Source: Cirrosporium novae-zelandiae
Taxonomy: Eukaryota
Direction: 5' to 3'
Assembly (NCBI GenBank): GCA_026023565.1
Contig: JAPETS010000004.1
Coordinates: 62,001 to 126,000, forward strand
Length of the DNA stretch: 64,000 nt
Position 1 is the first letter of the stretch, and every line of letters starts with the position of its first letter. Below are positions 1 through 12,991 of the stretch, piece by piece. Under the pieces are notes generated by a model. It was not told the DNA's origin, ran no database searches, and was given only the letters and a program-made list of their open reading frames with translations. Position numbers and translations under genes: made by a program.

Positions 1-730
1 GCTTTAATTTCATCAACTGTATGGGAAACCCCGACAAAAGCACGCCATGGAACACGGTTCAGCGAGTGACAGGATTGGCAGACTTCACGGTAAACCTGGA
101 ATCCACGTCGAATACTAAGAAATGTCAAAATATTATAAAAAGTCTATATATTATAAACCTACGCTGCATGGTCAAAGGTTTTATGCCATTTGGTGTGTTC
201 CCAAGGATATTCGGCGGGGTGCAATCTAGAAGATTAATGAGTTAGCCTTCATATCGTTGCTTTTATAGCACCATCCCAATCTCATGTCCAGAAAAACGGT
301 TCAATTGATCGAGATAGTAATAACCAAAAACCAGGTTCCGCTTCTCGTGCACTTTCGGAGCCATTTCCATTTCAACCACCCCAAAATATATAAAACTCAC
401 CCTTCTTCTGCTGGTGTCATGGCATGCAGCTCAGGTCCATAAAGATGGTAATACCATGCGATTGACCCGACGGCCAATGCAGTGGCTGCTGACGGAGCAA
501 GGTAGGATTTAAGGCCGGCCTGTTCGGAGGTTGAGGATGAAGATGTTGAGGCCGAGCGCTATGATAAATTGAGCCGATATTAGTTAAAATCCATCATCAA
601 CCATATTCCATATATTTGCGAGTGTTGTAGCCTCAATCATGTAGACATTTCGTACCGTGGTTATCCTTCCCGCTGCTGTCCTCGCGGAGCCCAATGAACG
701 GGCTCCCCGTAAAGCTGATCTCGAAAGCAT
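1..730 (-). CDS. CYT1: Cytochrome c1, mitochondrial (5' part; runs off the window start)
   Basis: Spliced by hand: ATG 730, MLSRSALRG.. | [26 protein letters not shown] | [15 protein letters not shown] | [28 protein letters not shown]. CxxCH heme motif. GT-AG introns ~655-559, ~400-226 and 162-115. Confidence 0.95.
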
Positions 731-1404
731 TGTGGCAGAGAGCCTTCCAGCTATAGAGACAAGCTCGTAGAGAATGAAAGAGGAGAGAAGAGTAGATAGA
801 GTGGAGTGGTATTACCGTGGTGGTTGTAAGTAATGAGGGCGAGATTCGAGAAAGAATCGGGTTGAAGGAGTTGAGGTACAGGGAAGATTTAAGGTTGGCT
901 GGCCAATCACAGCCATTCTTTATGTAGCTGACTTCGTCTTTCACCCGTGTGTCCGTCACACATTTACACTCCCACTAAATATGGCCAAAATTAAAATATT
1001 AAATAATTCAATAGCTTTCCATTGTTTCTTTGTTTACATGGTCAAATCAAATACCAATGTATTAATCAGCATCATAGGTATGAGGTTGGCCACTGAAACC
1101 AGGAGCCATTTCCAGCCATTGAATTCAGCCATTGAAGGGTAAGCCAACTCCTTCCTATATACAATACTCGCACCCGTTCATCCATACATCCAATACTTTT
1201 CGCAAAGGAGCAAGCAAAAACACAGCTTCATCAGATGATACTCAGTTGCATATGTATATGCCATTATCAGATCATCAACACGGCCTGCCAGTATTTTGTC
1301 TATCCGTCTCCTCCTGCCATAATGTACCTACCCGAAATATATCCTAACATCTCATCACAAATCTCAACTTCAACCATTCTTCTCCACTACCATGGAAGAC
1401 AAAA

Positions 1405-3097
1405 TTATGTGCTTCCGTTCATGCCGGCCTTTGAGGATGCGAGTGCACCATGCAGACCAAACTGGGTTGGAACACCTTCAATGCGGTGTGTTGAGTTCAG
1501 ATTCTTAACAAGGGTTATCTGGAAGCAAGTGGAACTACCTTGACGAGCGACAATGGTAGAATATGCAAGGAAGTATTCCCAGGTCTGATGGTATTAATTA
1601 GTAGGTTGACTTGGAAGAAATGGCATCAACTTACCCTAAACCACCTCTTGCCATACTTGGCCTCAACCTTCTCCCGGTTCCCAAGCCAGTTCCTATACCA
1701 ACGCCATAGAGTGGCAGAGTAATGGACACCGATGGTGTCAATGCTCTTGATTTCAAAGCCTGCCTTCTCTAAAGTACTGATAACAAAGTTAAGAGGAGTT
1801 GAAGCATCTGCACCCGGGAAGACATATTTGGCCATAAAAAGACCCCAGATGAGGTCGTCATATTGCCAACATTTGCGGAGACCAGCGTATTGGAGGAAGA
1901 AAACACCATCGTCTTCAAGCATATCATAAACCTGGCGGAAGAATCCCTCCAAATGTCGAATACCAACGTGTTCAGCCATCTCCAGGCATGTGATCTTAGA
2001 AAAGCCACCCTTTGGGGGAGGAATGTCACGGTAATCCATGCATAGAATCCTACTTTGTTCCTCGGTGATCCCAGATTTCCGAAGGCCGTTGTTTCCCCAT
2101 GCTGTCTGATTGCGGCCTAGAGTAATACCGGTAACGTTTGCACCATATTTCAGACTTGCATATCTGGCCAGTGTACCCCATCCACAGCCAATGTCAAGCA
2201 TGGTGTCATCTTCTTTTAGGTCAATCTTTTCACAGACAATGGCCAATTTGTTGTCTTGTAGCTGCTCGAGCGTTTCTTCTTTGTTGATGTCGGAAATTAT
2301 ACCAGAAGTGTAGATCATTCGAGGACCAAGAAACCAGCCATAGAAATCGTCACCGCGGTCATAATGGTCCCTAACTTGTTCTTCGTCTATATAAAATCAA
2401 CACGAGAAACTAAATGATTAAAACCAAACAATTGCGTACCTTGAGATCGAGAATGTACTATGACCTCGGGTATGAATTGAGTGAAAAAGAACCAGAACAG
2501 GTTGACAGTAAACCGGAAGGTGGACCAATCATGACGATATTCCAAAATATCCAAAGCATCGCCCTTGAAATCAACCTTTCCATCGAAATACATTTCGTGG
2601 AATGTCTCCATTGGTATTTTCCTCTTGCCATGATACCTATCCCTATCCATTGGATCATGGAAATGAAGGTAATGTTCAACGGGGCGATGAGGATATTTGG
2701 CCTTTTCATTTTTTCGTGGGGCAATGCTGGAATTGATGGTCCAGAAGGCCATAAGAATTGGAATCGTAGTGAAACATCCGAAGAAGATTCGCGTATAGAA
2801 ACCTCCACCGATTTGGTATGCAAAATACCACGGGACTCCAATTAGCAAAGTGGCCAGGAGGCCATTGGAGAAGCTGTCATTACCAGCTGCATCAGCTGGT
2901 AAAGTAGGATTTTTGATGGTCGGATACTATAGCATTATATTAAAAGGAGGTCCTGAGTAGATCAACAAGAAAAGCATTGATAAGTAACTTACAGCAGTAA
3001 GTCGTACACCGCAGTCATGAGTGGGAGGAGCGGGATTTGGGGCAGGAGGAGTTTCAATGAACTCGAAGTCATCCGAAGACTCCGAATGTTTAGACAT
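1405..3097 (-). CDS. MTS1: Sphingolipid C9-methyltransferase (cyclopropane fatty acyl synthase family)
   Basis: Exons MSKHSESSDDFEFIE.., an N-terminal TM segment, SAM-binding MLDIGCGWGTL, CLEMAEHVG, YVFPG, and C-terminus ..THRIEGVPTQFGLHGAL..; stop TAA 1405-1407. Confidence 0.9.
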
Positions 3098-3631
3098 GTT
3101 GGCTGAACCCTCAAAATAGCAATCAAGGGTAGAATGATTGCAATTCGAAAAGGGTTGTCAAGAAACGAATTGGGGAGAAGACGGAAATTTTGGGGAGTTT
3201 TTGACACCAACTTGAGGGGCTTGAGACGCCGAGAGAAGTAAACGCACTCGAATTCTTGGCGAACCTTCGTTTTGTTATCGTGGGCGCGTGCGATGTTACT
3301 CTCCAGGACTTCATCCCTTTGTATTGTTGGAACTTTATATATTAATCTTCACATTACCTATTTATGATGTAATGAAATATTGGTCTGTTGATTCAAACCG
3401 GTTATGAGGAAGAGAAGATTAATAAATAACTTGAAAGAGCACTTTAACAAACAAACAATTACTTTGTGATATTATTGCCTAAGGTATCCAAAGACAAGAC
3501 AGGGGACGGTTAACCAGGGCAAACAGCTTAGAACCCTCTAGACCGAATAGTCTATATATCACCCATCTTCACTCCCATTCATTCTTCATCCAACATCTTT
3601 TCATTTGTCCAGAAAGTACCTTTCCATCAAG

Positions 3632-4013
3632 ATGCCTTCCAATGATGAAATATGTGCAAAAACTCGAGACTTGCTACAGTTGGTCGCCCCTACTATGTAA
3701 GGTCCTCTAAAAAAAAGCTAAGAGTTCAAGGGCGCTCGAAACCCACCCAGAATTCCACCGCGAGAATCCTCCCATGTCGAATAGCTGCCTTTTCTTTCTC
3801 TGGGACTTTGTCAAGAAGACATGTGATGAATACGTCTCTAATAGCGCCAACGATGAGGAAAAATTCCAAGACGTCTATTCACGGGACTTCATGGCACTCA
3901 AAATTATCCAAGATGCCAACATGGCAATGATGCTAGGGAGATCTCCTCCGCCTGTGTGGGGAGATCAAGTGAACCAGGCTGCGGCAGCTTTGGATCAGGC
4001 AATGAAGCATTGA
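3632..4013 (+). CDS. Small hypothetical protein (~115 aa, 2 exons)
   Basis: ATG 3632 MPSNDEICAK..PT joins in frame to ORF 3774-4013 via GTAAGG..GCTAAG..CAAG intron 3697-3730. TATATA lies upstream at ~3554. Confidence 0.55.
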
Positions 4014-4394
4014 TTTACTTAGTTATCTGAGGAAGACAGCGAAGGTTGATGGGAGATTGTGAGACTCGGTCTATCAGAATTAAAAGGGGCAGTTTGATTT
4101 TGGTCTTATAGGCCCTGGGTGAACTGGTGGGCTAGCATAACTTCCAATACCGTTGCTCAAAGGTATTTTATTGTTAGCTAATTGCTACCCTGAATGAGGC
4201 CCCCCTAAAGCTCCCAGTTGAGTCTCTGGAATATTTGTCCCGCTCGTCTCATATTCTTCCCTGAGTAATTGTTTCAACTGTTCTTGCTCATGAGTAAACC
4301 AAAGCCCGGGTACTTGCTATCTCTTGACGCCAACTTAAACTCCAATAAATATACAGTGTTAGGACAAGGAATTGCAACCAGCAAGGCCATATCT

Positions 4395-5847
4395 TTAAGT
4401 TGGCATTGGCATTTCAAAATCATCCAGAGCTTCATCATTTACCAGATTCTCTTCTGGGGATCCCAGAAGCTCTTCCACTGTTAGTTCTTTGTCGTCCTTG
4501 TTGTCGTCAAGTAAACCCATGACTCGGCAGCGGTTCCACATATCTGTAAGGGGCTTTGGCTTTCCATACTTTTTCATGTACATAGCTGGTGCTAGAGAAC
4601 TAGGGTCCTCAGCCTCGGCTTTGTTCTCATTCGGCTTGTTAAATGCTCCAGAAAGGGACTTGTAGGTAGACGATGTGGCTCGACCCTTTGAGTAGCCAAG
4701 GGTTGTCCTAGAGGCAGCAGTCGCAGCAGTGTAACGCATCGAGGAGGGATTTGTTGGAGGAGGCGTCTGTCTTCCTCTGCGGATAAGAGTCGAAGGAATC
4801 CTTGTTTTGGTAGCCTTGGTTGTAGCGGCAAAATGAGCTTTGGGCTTAGCCACAACTGAAGATGGCTTAGGGGGCATTAATGCAGCTGCCGCTCTCTTTG
4901 ATGTAGTCATTGAAGGACTACCTTTATGGATTAGGGGTTTTTTAGAGGCAGTCTTTGACTTTTTGACAATGTCTTCCTGGCGTATCTCATTATCAATAAA
5001 CTCTTGGTCGTCCTTGGCAATCTTTAGATTTTGGACATCCTTCAGAATCATAGCATCAAACTCCTTGTCGAACTTCTCCTGTTCCTCTTTCATCTTCCGC
5101 TCCGGGGCAGTAAGCCCATCTTTCCCAACCGGTTCAGCGTGTAGTTCAGCCCATCCTCTTGTCAAATTCTCGCCCTCAAACATGGGATATTCTCGGTCAT
5201 GAGGCCAATCGTCAGGGTAGTCAGGAAGCGCTAGTAATGATTAGTGTCAAATCTTTAGAGAACTGGGCATAAGTTTTTACGCTTAGGAGGTGGCGGCGCA
5301 TATTCAATATCTGGCTCTCCCGCACCCTCATCATCATGGAGTACATCAAGCTTGGTATGAGCAATTTGGACCTTCCGATTTGGAGCTATCGTACTCTTCT
5401 GGCTAGGTTTCGCGCTCTCGTCCTTAAGGGGATGAGCAGGCGTTTGATAAACTTTCGCTTTGGCATTGGTAGTTTTCATCCCCAGTGGAGCTCGATTGCG
5501 AGGTCCTAAATTGATTCCATCAGTTACATTTCAAAGAGGCCTCAATAGAGCTATATACCCAAAGGTGTAACAAAAGCATTCTTATCCTTATCCCCAAGAG
5601 CTCCCTTCTTTCCTACCGTGACCACATTTTCATTATTCACTTTTCTGACCGTCTTTAACCCTGTCTTTCCAGCTCCGAAGCCTAATGGCGCGTTCTCATC
5701 GTTCAAGGGGACTCTGAATGGTGTTCTGGGTCCTCTATTTCGAGGGGTTTTCGGAGGTAGTTGTCGGAGTCCATGGTTCAAAGGCTTTGCAGCAGCTGCT
5801 GCTTGATGACCATGGACCAAGTTCTCTTGATCACGAGCAGCGAGCAT
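4395..5847 (-). CDS. Probable securin (Pds1/Cut2-like separase inhibitor)
   Basis: 3 exons (introns 5558-5506, 5280-5231). Low-complexity basic/acidic protein with D-box RAPLGMKTTN and a DIEYAPP motif. Confidence 0.7.
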
Positions 5848-6176
5848 TGTTGAAGATATTAAGCCACTGGTTCCTGAAGGTGTGAAGCAACATTTGAACC
5901 TCCTGTCGTGAAGGTGGTCAAAATGTGTACAGTAAGCCGTTGTATATCGTTACTCGTTGCCGAGGTAACGTATGTGATCCCTGTAATCACGTGGGGCAGC
6001 CCAACAGGGGTCCCGGAATATCATTTCTGCATTCCAATGAGGGTGACAGTTCACTAAGAAGATCAGACAGACGTTATCAACTCTCAACTTGTCAAAATAA
6101 CCCACCATTATTTTCTAAACCATCTTCTTACGAAGCATTCCTCTATCTGCAAGTTCTCATTCCAACTTGAATCAAC

Positions 6177-6844
6177 ATGTCTGCCGCTATGGAGGGAATA
6201 AAAAAGGTAGGTCATATTACATGTTATACCCCCACACTTTACTATACATCATCTGCCAAGCAACGTCCCAAACAACGACAGATCTCTAATCATAATGTAT
6301 GCTAATGTGCTAACTTGCATATAGAAAATGGCCTCCATCCGAGAGGAGGCCGATATCGCTCAAGCCCAAGTAGAGGAACTTCAGGCCAAAGTCAAGACTC
6401 TCGAGCAAGAGAATTTGGCCAAAGAACAAGAAATCACATCCCTCTCCCACAAGAATCAGGTGCTCGAAGCGGATGTGGAGAAGTTGGAAACCAACCTCAA
6501 GGAGGCCAAAACAGCTGCGTCTGAGAGCGCCCAACATGGTACACAGAACGAAGCCCTTCAACGAAGACTACAGCTACTGGAAGAGGAGGCCGAGGAGGCC
6601 GATAAGAACTTGAGGGAAACAAATGAAAAGTATATCCACTTTGGAACTCTGCTCTGGTGCTTTTACTAATGGTGTCTACAGGTTACGCCAAACTGATGTC
6701 AAGGCAGGTCATTACGAACGCAAAGTCCAGGCCCTCGAATCCGCTCGTGATCAGTGGGAACAAAAGTACGAAGAAATGGCCAAGAAATATGCAGATACCC
6801 AAAAGGAACTCGACGATCTCTCGGGCGAACTTGCCAACATGTAA
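6177..6844 (+). CDS. cdc8: Tropomyosin
   Basis: MSAAMEGIKK | KMASIREEAD..LRETNEK | LRQTDVKAGHYERKVQALE..; continuous coiled coil, 2 introns. Confidence 0.95.
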
Positions 6845-7105
6845 GGGCATTAGTGTTGATATTGACTGCTAAATTGGCCGGTGCCTTCTGTCAAGACTTT
6901 TGATGGTCAGACGTGCGGTGCAGGAAGTCCACAAGAAAGGGATTGATATCTACTGTTGCGTTGTAAAGGAACGAAGATTTTCTTAACCTCTGTGGCATTC
7001 CGCAAGCATCGCAACTTAGGTCATGAAGGCGTGAATAGAATGTCTGTTTGATGCTTATTCAATTGTAATCAACCGATCGGGTATTTCTTGTAGGAAGTAA
7101 TAATA

Positions 7106-7835
7106 TTATCGTCTTTCCCTAGCCCGGGATTTGCTGCCTCTTTCCTTAAACCTCGTAACTTTTCTCTCCGCCTTGCTTTCGTATCTGAATTTTTTCTTCT
7201 TCGTCTTCGTTGCGATAGGCTTTTTGCTCTTGGGAGGCTGTGCCTTTTCAAACGAAGCTCCAGTGCTAAGGTCTTTTTCAGTCGCTTGATTCCCGGAATC
7301 ATTTACTAATTCTTCCTCGTCTTCCTCGTCGCGTACCAGATGGAAACCGTCTCGATCCACGTTCACAGCTTCTACTGTGACGGTAGTATGTTTATCCTCG
7401 CCTTCGTCGATATATTCTGTCTCGTCATTCAAAGGCTCATTCGCCTTCAGAGGAGTGGTTTCATCGTTTGAGAAGCCACTCCATTCGTCTTCACTCCCTT
7501 CATTTTGGGTAGTAATTCCACCTTCCAAAAATGTCCCATTGACTTCTTTGATATGTCTTTCTAGCTCGAGTCTCCGTTCCTCCCTCATCTATAGCACAAT
7601 AAGATTAGCTCATGTCCTTAGCTTCGGCGATGTCATTGAAGAACCGAGAACCGACCTTCTTCCTTTCCTCAATCTTCTCAGCCCTCTCTTTCTTTGCAGC
7701 TTGCTCTTGGGCATACTTCGCTCTTTGAAGCTTCCGCTTATGGAATCCTGTCAAATATTCCGTTCGAGCATTTGGATCGAAAATAATTTCATCGACGGCA
7801 TTAGCGCCTAATTTCCTTTTTTTGGAGGGTGGCAT
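7106..7835 (-). CDS. RRP17: Ribosomal RNA-processing protein 17 (Nop25 family)
   Basis: FDPNARTEYLTGFHKRKLQR motif and C-terminal KKKKFRYESKAERK; one intron ~7655-7589. Confidence 0.9.
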
Positions 7836-8218
7836 TTTTTATTTGGTTATTTGTAGATGATATTTAGTTTTGCAAAGAACCCAAGGTCGGTGTTTCGGTC
7901 GAATCTTACTATTTCCGTATCTCTCGGGTTTCCTATTTTGGAAACTCAAAGCGCACCACTTCTCCCACAACATTTAACAACCAACAGCTTGCTCCACGGC
8001 CCCAGAGTTCCGCTGCGCTCCACAGAGGTGAAGATGCTGTTGATTGTACTTGTGACATTCGGATATGTGTACCCTGCCAATATATAAATAGCCTGTGCTT
8101 TCTGTGCATATTAATGTTTCTATTTCCTTTTCGTCTCTGCTTTTATCCGTCATTTTATCCGTCTTCTGGCATCTCCATCTCCCACTTTCTTACAAGTGAA
8201 TATTTCAAATACTCAGTC

Positions 8219-9674
8219 ATGGCAGAACAAACTCTTTTAGAATGGCTTCGAAGCCGAATGCAAGTCGATTGTGATACTCTTGATGCTGAAGGTAGCCTTC
8301 AACCTTGCCTAATTGTCCTATGTTGAAAGAGACCAAGTTTACGAGCCCCATAATCAGTTGCGTCAACCCTCGGACCTTTTGTGGATTGCACATCGAATCA
8401 AGTATATATATCCCCCTCTGTTTTGGTGATTTCTCAAGCCTGTAGGCGTTAATGTCACTCAGGCAATCGCATACTTCGAGCTTGCAAAGCCAGTCCATGC
8501 TAGTCTAGTCAACGAGTCAGCTGCGGATGCGCTGCGTCTCAAGTCCGAGTATCAAGATGTGTCGTTCGAGGAGCTTGCTGTCCAGATTGCCGTATGTCTA
8601 ACGTATAATTGCCCAATGTAGTCCAACATGAGCTAAGATAAAAAAATAGATGGTCAAGCTATCCCTGAAAATTGTCCCCCATCTTACAGGCCATGCTCAT
8701 ATCCAAACTAACCCAATGAACTCTTACTCCACCGAGAAAACCGTCAAGGACGCTCAACGTCTGTATCTCATTCCCCCTTAAGGCCAAATTCCACATCTAA
8801 AAAGCAGCCCACAGGCATTGTCTCCATCTTCAAGACTCTGAACCCTTCATTCAACTCATCCCGCGTTTGTATAAAGATTCCTAGTACCTGGGAAGGTCTC
8901 CAGGCTTGCAAGATCCTAGAGGCTTCTGGTATACACACTCTAGCCACAACCCTCTTTTCCATGCCGCAAGCTGCTCTAGCCGCCGAAGTAGGATGTCTGT
9001 ACATTGCGCCTTACGTGAACGAACTCAAAGTCCATTTCGACACAAAGTAAGGACCTTCACTTCATAAGACTAAATAACCCCCTCACCCCTCTCCCCCCTC
9101 AAAACAGAAGTTCTCTTACGCTAAACGCCCAATCATCCACACCCACAGTTACAAAGATCTAAACAAAGCCCTCCCCCTTTGCATCCAAGCCCAACGCTAC
9201 TACAAGATGCACAACCTAAAAACGCAAGTCCTCCCCGCCTCTCTAACCCACATCAACGAAATCCTCTCCCTGGCCGGTGTGGACCACATAACTATTTCCC
9301 CGCCATTGCTTCGTGAACTGGCCGACACGAAACTCCCCGCGAGCGAAGCAGCCGCCAAGTCTCTACTCGACGGGGTGAATAAGCTTCCGGAGGAGAAAGT
9401 GCCGCTGATGTCGTTCGTCAATGACGAGGCTGGGTTCCGCACGGCGTATACAAGAGATAATTATGGAGCCAATGAAGTGAAGATTATACAGGTACGTTTT
9501 GTTTGAATTTCTTTTGGGACTCTTTGATGCAGCGGATGGTTGGAACCGTTGGTCTCAATAGTTGTTTTGATGCTAATTACTACTATCTCCAAGGCGATCA
9601 ACATCTTCTGTGATATGCAGATCAAGACCGAGATGATGGTCAAGCAGGCTGCTGGTGATGCTGGCAAGGTGTAA
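8219..9674 (+). CDS. Transaldolase-family protein (divergent fungal type)
   Basis: Multi-exon: VDCDTLD, DCTSNQAIA, RVCIKIPSTWEG (Schiff-base Lys), TLATTLFSMPQA, YIAPYVNEL, GVDHITISPPLL. Confidence 0.85.
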
Positions 9675-9958
9675 AGGAATATTAATGCAATAAGCGTAGT
9701 AGATATAGTCGATAAGGGGATAATATATCTAAATATTCGACCAGCGGAATATTCATATTTATTTCAGATTCTCCTCTCCAGGAATCAGATTACCTCGATT
9801 GTATAACTGTGACAATGCATAATAGATACAATTCCTTCCCGCCCCTTGTGACCTACCCACCAAATCCTGTATGAAAAAAATCCTTTAGAAAACTCAATCA
9901 CCAAAACAGCCACTGGCATCATCCTATGCGCTTTCTATTCGTATTGCTGCCTGTCCCT

Positions 9959-11066
9959 CTACTGAGATTGCTCCTTTTTCTTTTGAGCCGCAGGTCCCAT
10001 TTCCTTATCAAAAGCCAAATACGAGACTTGCAAGGAGGAGAGCGCTGTGATGGCAATATAGAGGATCGAGAGAAGGATAAAGGAGACAAAGAGGCCCATA
10101 AAGATACCTAGGGATTAAATTAACTTTCGTATTTTTTTAATAAAAGAGGAGAAAACAAGGAAACGTACCTGGCGTGAAGAACTGGTATCTTGCAAAAAGT
10201 GGACCATCTGGAAGCTGGATTTCGTCTTTCTTGGAGACATGTGCAAGGCCGGAAGACGCGGAGAAATCTCGTTTCAGATCCATGTGTACCTCATCTTCCC
10301 ACATTCCATTATTCATCTCGTAGAGCTGATCATTTTCCTGAATCTGGGACCCTTCCACAGAATCTTGGATATGTGATGTCGTATAAATAACAGTATACTT
10401 CTCCGAAGGCAGGAGGTCAAGCACAGAGTTCAAGAACGCATCGTGTTCAGCCGCCTTCATAGCGCCCCGAGTGGTAGGGAGGGAGGGGAAATCTAGACGA
10501 ATCACGCGGGGAGTGGCGTCTGAGAGAATGGGGAAAGATCCAGCTGTATGGTATCACACCCAGTTAGAACTTAATGCATGTCTATATCATCAAGGGATTC
10601 AGAAATGCATACTGCTAGCATCCACTGCTACAACTCCGGCTCTACACATCTCTGCCAAGGATTTTTCTATCTCTGCACTATTCACCTCCCCCAAGACATC
10701 TCGAATTTCGAAACTAGATCGTACATCCTTGTTTGTGCCGTCCATCCTTCGCCGTAGATTCGGTGCCGACCGTGGAAACCATGAGAGATCAGAGGCGTCA
10801 AGGCCAGGTTGGGAAACTAGAACATAAAAGTCCGAAGGGCAGGAGGAGAGGAGGTTGGATAGACGTGGGATAAGGGTAGAAGGAGTTTGGATTTCGGGGA
10901 CGGATATGAGGAGTCTATGAGAGATGTTAGCAATGGTAGCTTCAAACCCCGAAAGGGAAATTGGGACGTACTCAGATGTAGAGAAAAAGAAGAAAGGAGA
11001 GGTATCTGCGAAAGCATTTGCAAGAGCAGCTCCCAGAGGGAGAAGGCCAAGTTTATGAAGAAGCAT
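9959..11066 (-). CDS. V-ATPase assembly factor Voa1/Ac45-like (BIG1/ATPase S1 family) type I membrane protein
   Basis: Signal peptide + AFADTSPFFFFSTS, and C-terminal LFARYQFFTPG|IFMGL..TM..SLQVSYLAFDKEMGPAAQKK. Confidence 0.8.
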
Positions 11067-11216
11067 TTCGAGATTTGAACACGATGAAATGGAGCTATGG
11101 CTGGAGGGAGAGCTTGCTTGAGGGAGAGGTGATGATGGAGGTGAGGTTGCTAGTTCGTTAGAGGGGAAGTCTCTGCCGAGAGCATTTCGCTTAAAGTTGC
11201 TGAAATAATATATAGC

Positions 11217-11284
11217 CCGAGGGTGATTCGCATGTTTGAAGGTGCATTCGCTTAATTTCCTTCAAACATGCGAACCACCCTCGG
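11217..11284. repeat. 26-bp inverted repeat (25/26 match) with 16-nt loop
   Basis: ccgagggtgattcgcatgtttgaagg (11217-11242) and ccttcaaacatgcgaaccaccctcgg (11259-11284). Confidence 0.95.
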
Positions 11285-11654
11285 CCTGAGGCGTTAAATG
11301 TTTACCTAGATGTCTACCTGGTTATCTCATTGTAAGTACCTACACAAAGCCAGACGACGATAATCTATGATTTCTTTTTTATATGAGCATCTACAAGAAA
11401 AAACAAATAAGGGCTTCCCAAAGACAGTGGGACCTCGTTTTCACATACTACCGTTAATTGCCCTCTCATTCCCCTCTTAGATTCCACTCAGCAATCTATT
11501 CTTATCTCTGTCAGTTCTGATATCAGGTTACGATTAACCTTTTCAGAGACTATATCAATTTACCAACCCTATCCAGTTGCATGAATTTATATTATTATTC
11601 TAATGCTACTGGTTTAAGAAACTATTTTTAGTAAAAAACAAAATACGTTTGCCT

Positions 11655-12620
11655 TTATAGGCATTTCCCCCATATTGCTACATTTCTTCCTTGTAGAAGG
11701 AACTCGCCGCACAAACATCCCAGACAGCGCGAAACAGATCGCGGCCCACACACCCGTCATCAGAACGCCAGTGCGATTTGCCAGGGCGGTGGTGATAACT
11801 TAGCCTAGCAATGCGGGGACGGCGGAACAAAAGCAGGTCATGCCAGACCACTGATTAAGGATGTGGTGACAGGAACCGACGACCTCGACCATGCAGACAC
11901 CGGAGAGGGAGACGATTGCGCCGATGAAGACGCCAAGGAGGATGACATAGATAACACCTTCAGCAGCGGTGGTCGCGAAGGGCCAGAAGCCGATGGTGAA
12001 GCAAACCATGATGCCGCTACTGATTATGTAGAGTCTCAAGTCTCCTAGGAACCTGTAGATGAGTTTTAGCAATTGGGCTCTTCCATGTGAGTGGGCTTGG
12101 GGGGAGGTGCCTTTCTGGATACTGATCCACGGTGCCCCTAGCCTTCCTACGAGTCCGCTAACCGTTCAGGTGATGACAAGGTAGATAGCCGGAAAGAATG
12201 AGCTTCCTAGGGGGCCCTCGAGATTGGCATTCGAGTCAGATTGATGAATTTGGTTGTGTAATCTTTGTGGTTCGCCGATCTTTCGTCGCTCGGCCTAGAA
12301 TTCCAGCTAAAACGGAGCTGAGGACAGACCTAGGAACATGAAGATGTTAGCCACGGTATAAAAACACCAACTTTTACTCCTCTATGCTTCTTTATTGAGT
12401 CGCGTTGATAGAGATAACACTTTGGGCATGCATCGACAAACAGGGAGAGTATGAGAATCCAGCTCGCTTGAATGAGACCGAAGATTCCCAACCTGAGACG
12501 GACGTCACCCCCCATATTCACCGGGAGATGCTGTTTATAAAAGGTGAAAAATACACCATAGGAAAGAATCTGACCCCTGAAATAAACATATCACCATATA
12601 TTAGCGATGGGGTTTACCCG
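11655..12620 (-). pseudogene. Degenerate monocarboxylate-transporter-type MFS (MCH-like)
   Basis: Remnants GQILSYGVFFTFYKQHL..GIFGLIQ (TM1-2), YLVIT*TVSGLVGRLG, and WSGMTCFCSAVPALLG*VITTAL..GVWAAICF (TM11-12). In-frame stops; too short for 12 TMs. Confidence 0.7.
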
Positions 12621-12991
12621 CATACGCAATAGAAGATTTAAATGACGATAGCATAAGTATTTCATAGACTTTTATTCACCAATAGTGCCTGTTGTAAATG
12701 GCATGCAAATAATATAAAATAATTAATTACCTTGTGAAAGTTGGGAATCAAAGAATACACAATTCACAGTTGCATGTAATTAATTACTAGTAATATAACC
12801 ATACTGTAATTACCAAGTATCACATTGAACCGGGAACAATAGTTAGCCTATGCCGTGACGTACTGGAAATTTTTTAGTAATTATAGCAGTGGCAGTGCTT
12901 ATGCTTGATTTTCCCCTCCATCTCCTTCCCTATCGCCGCATACCCCACCAAGATTCAATTTTTTTGTTGCGACGGCAATAACTTTAGAATC

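Noticed and set aside
633..959. 108-aa ORF overlapping the CYT1 5' end
   Set aside because: Non-ATG start and out of frame with CYT1 exon 1; it reads as UTR/promoter sequence.
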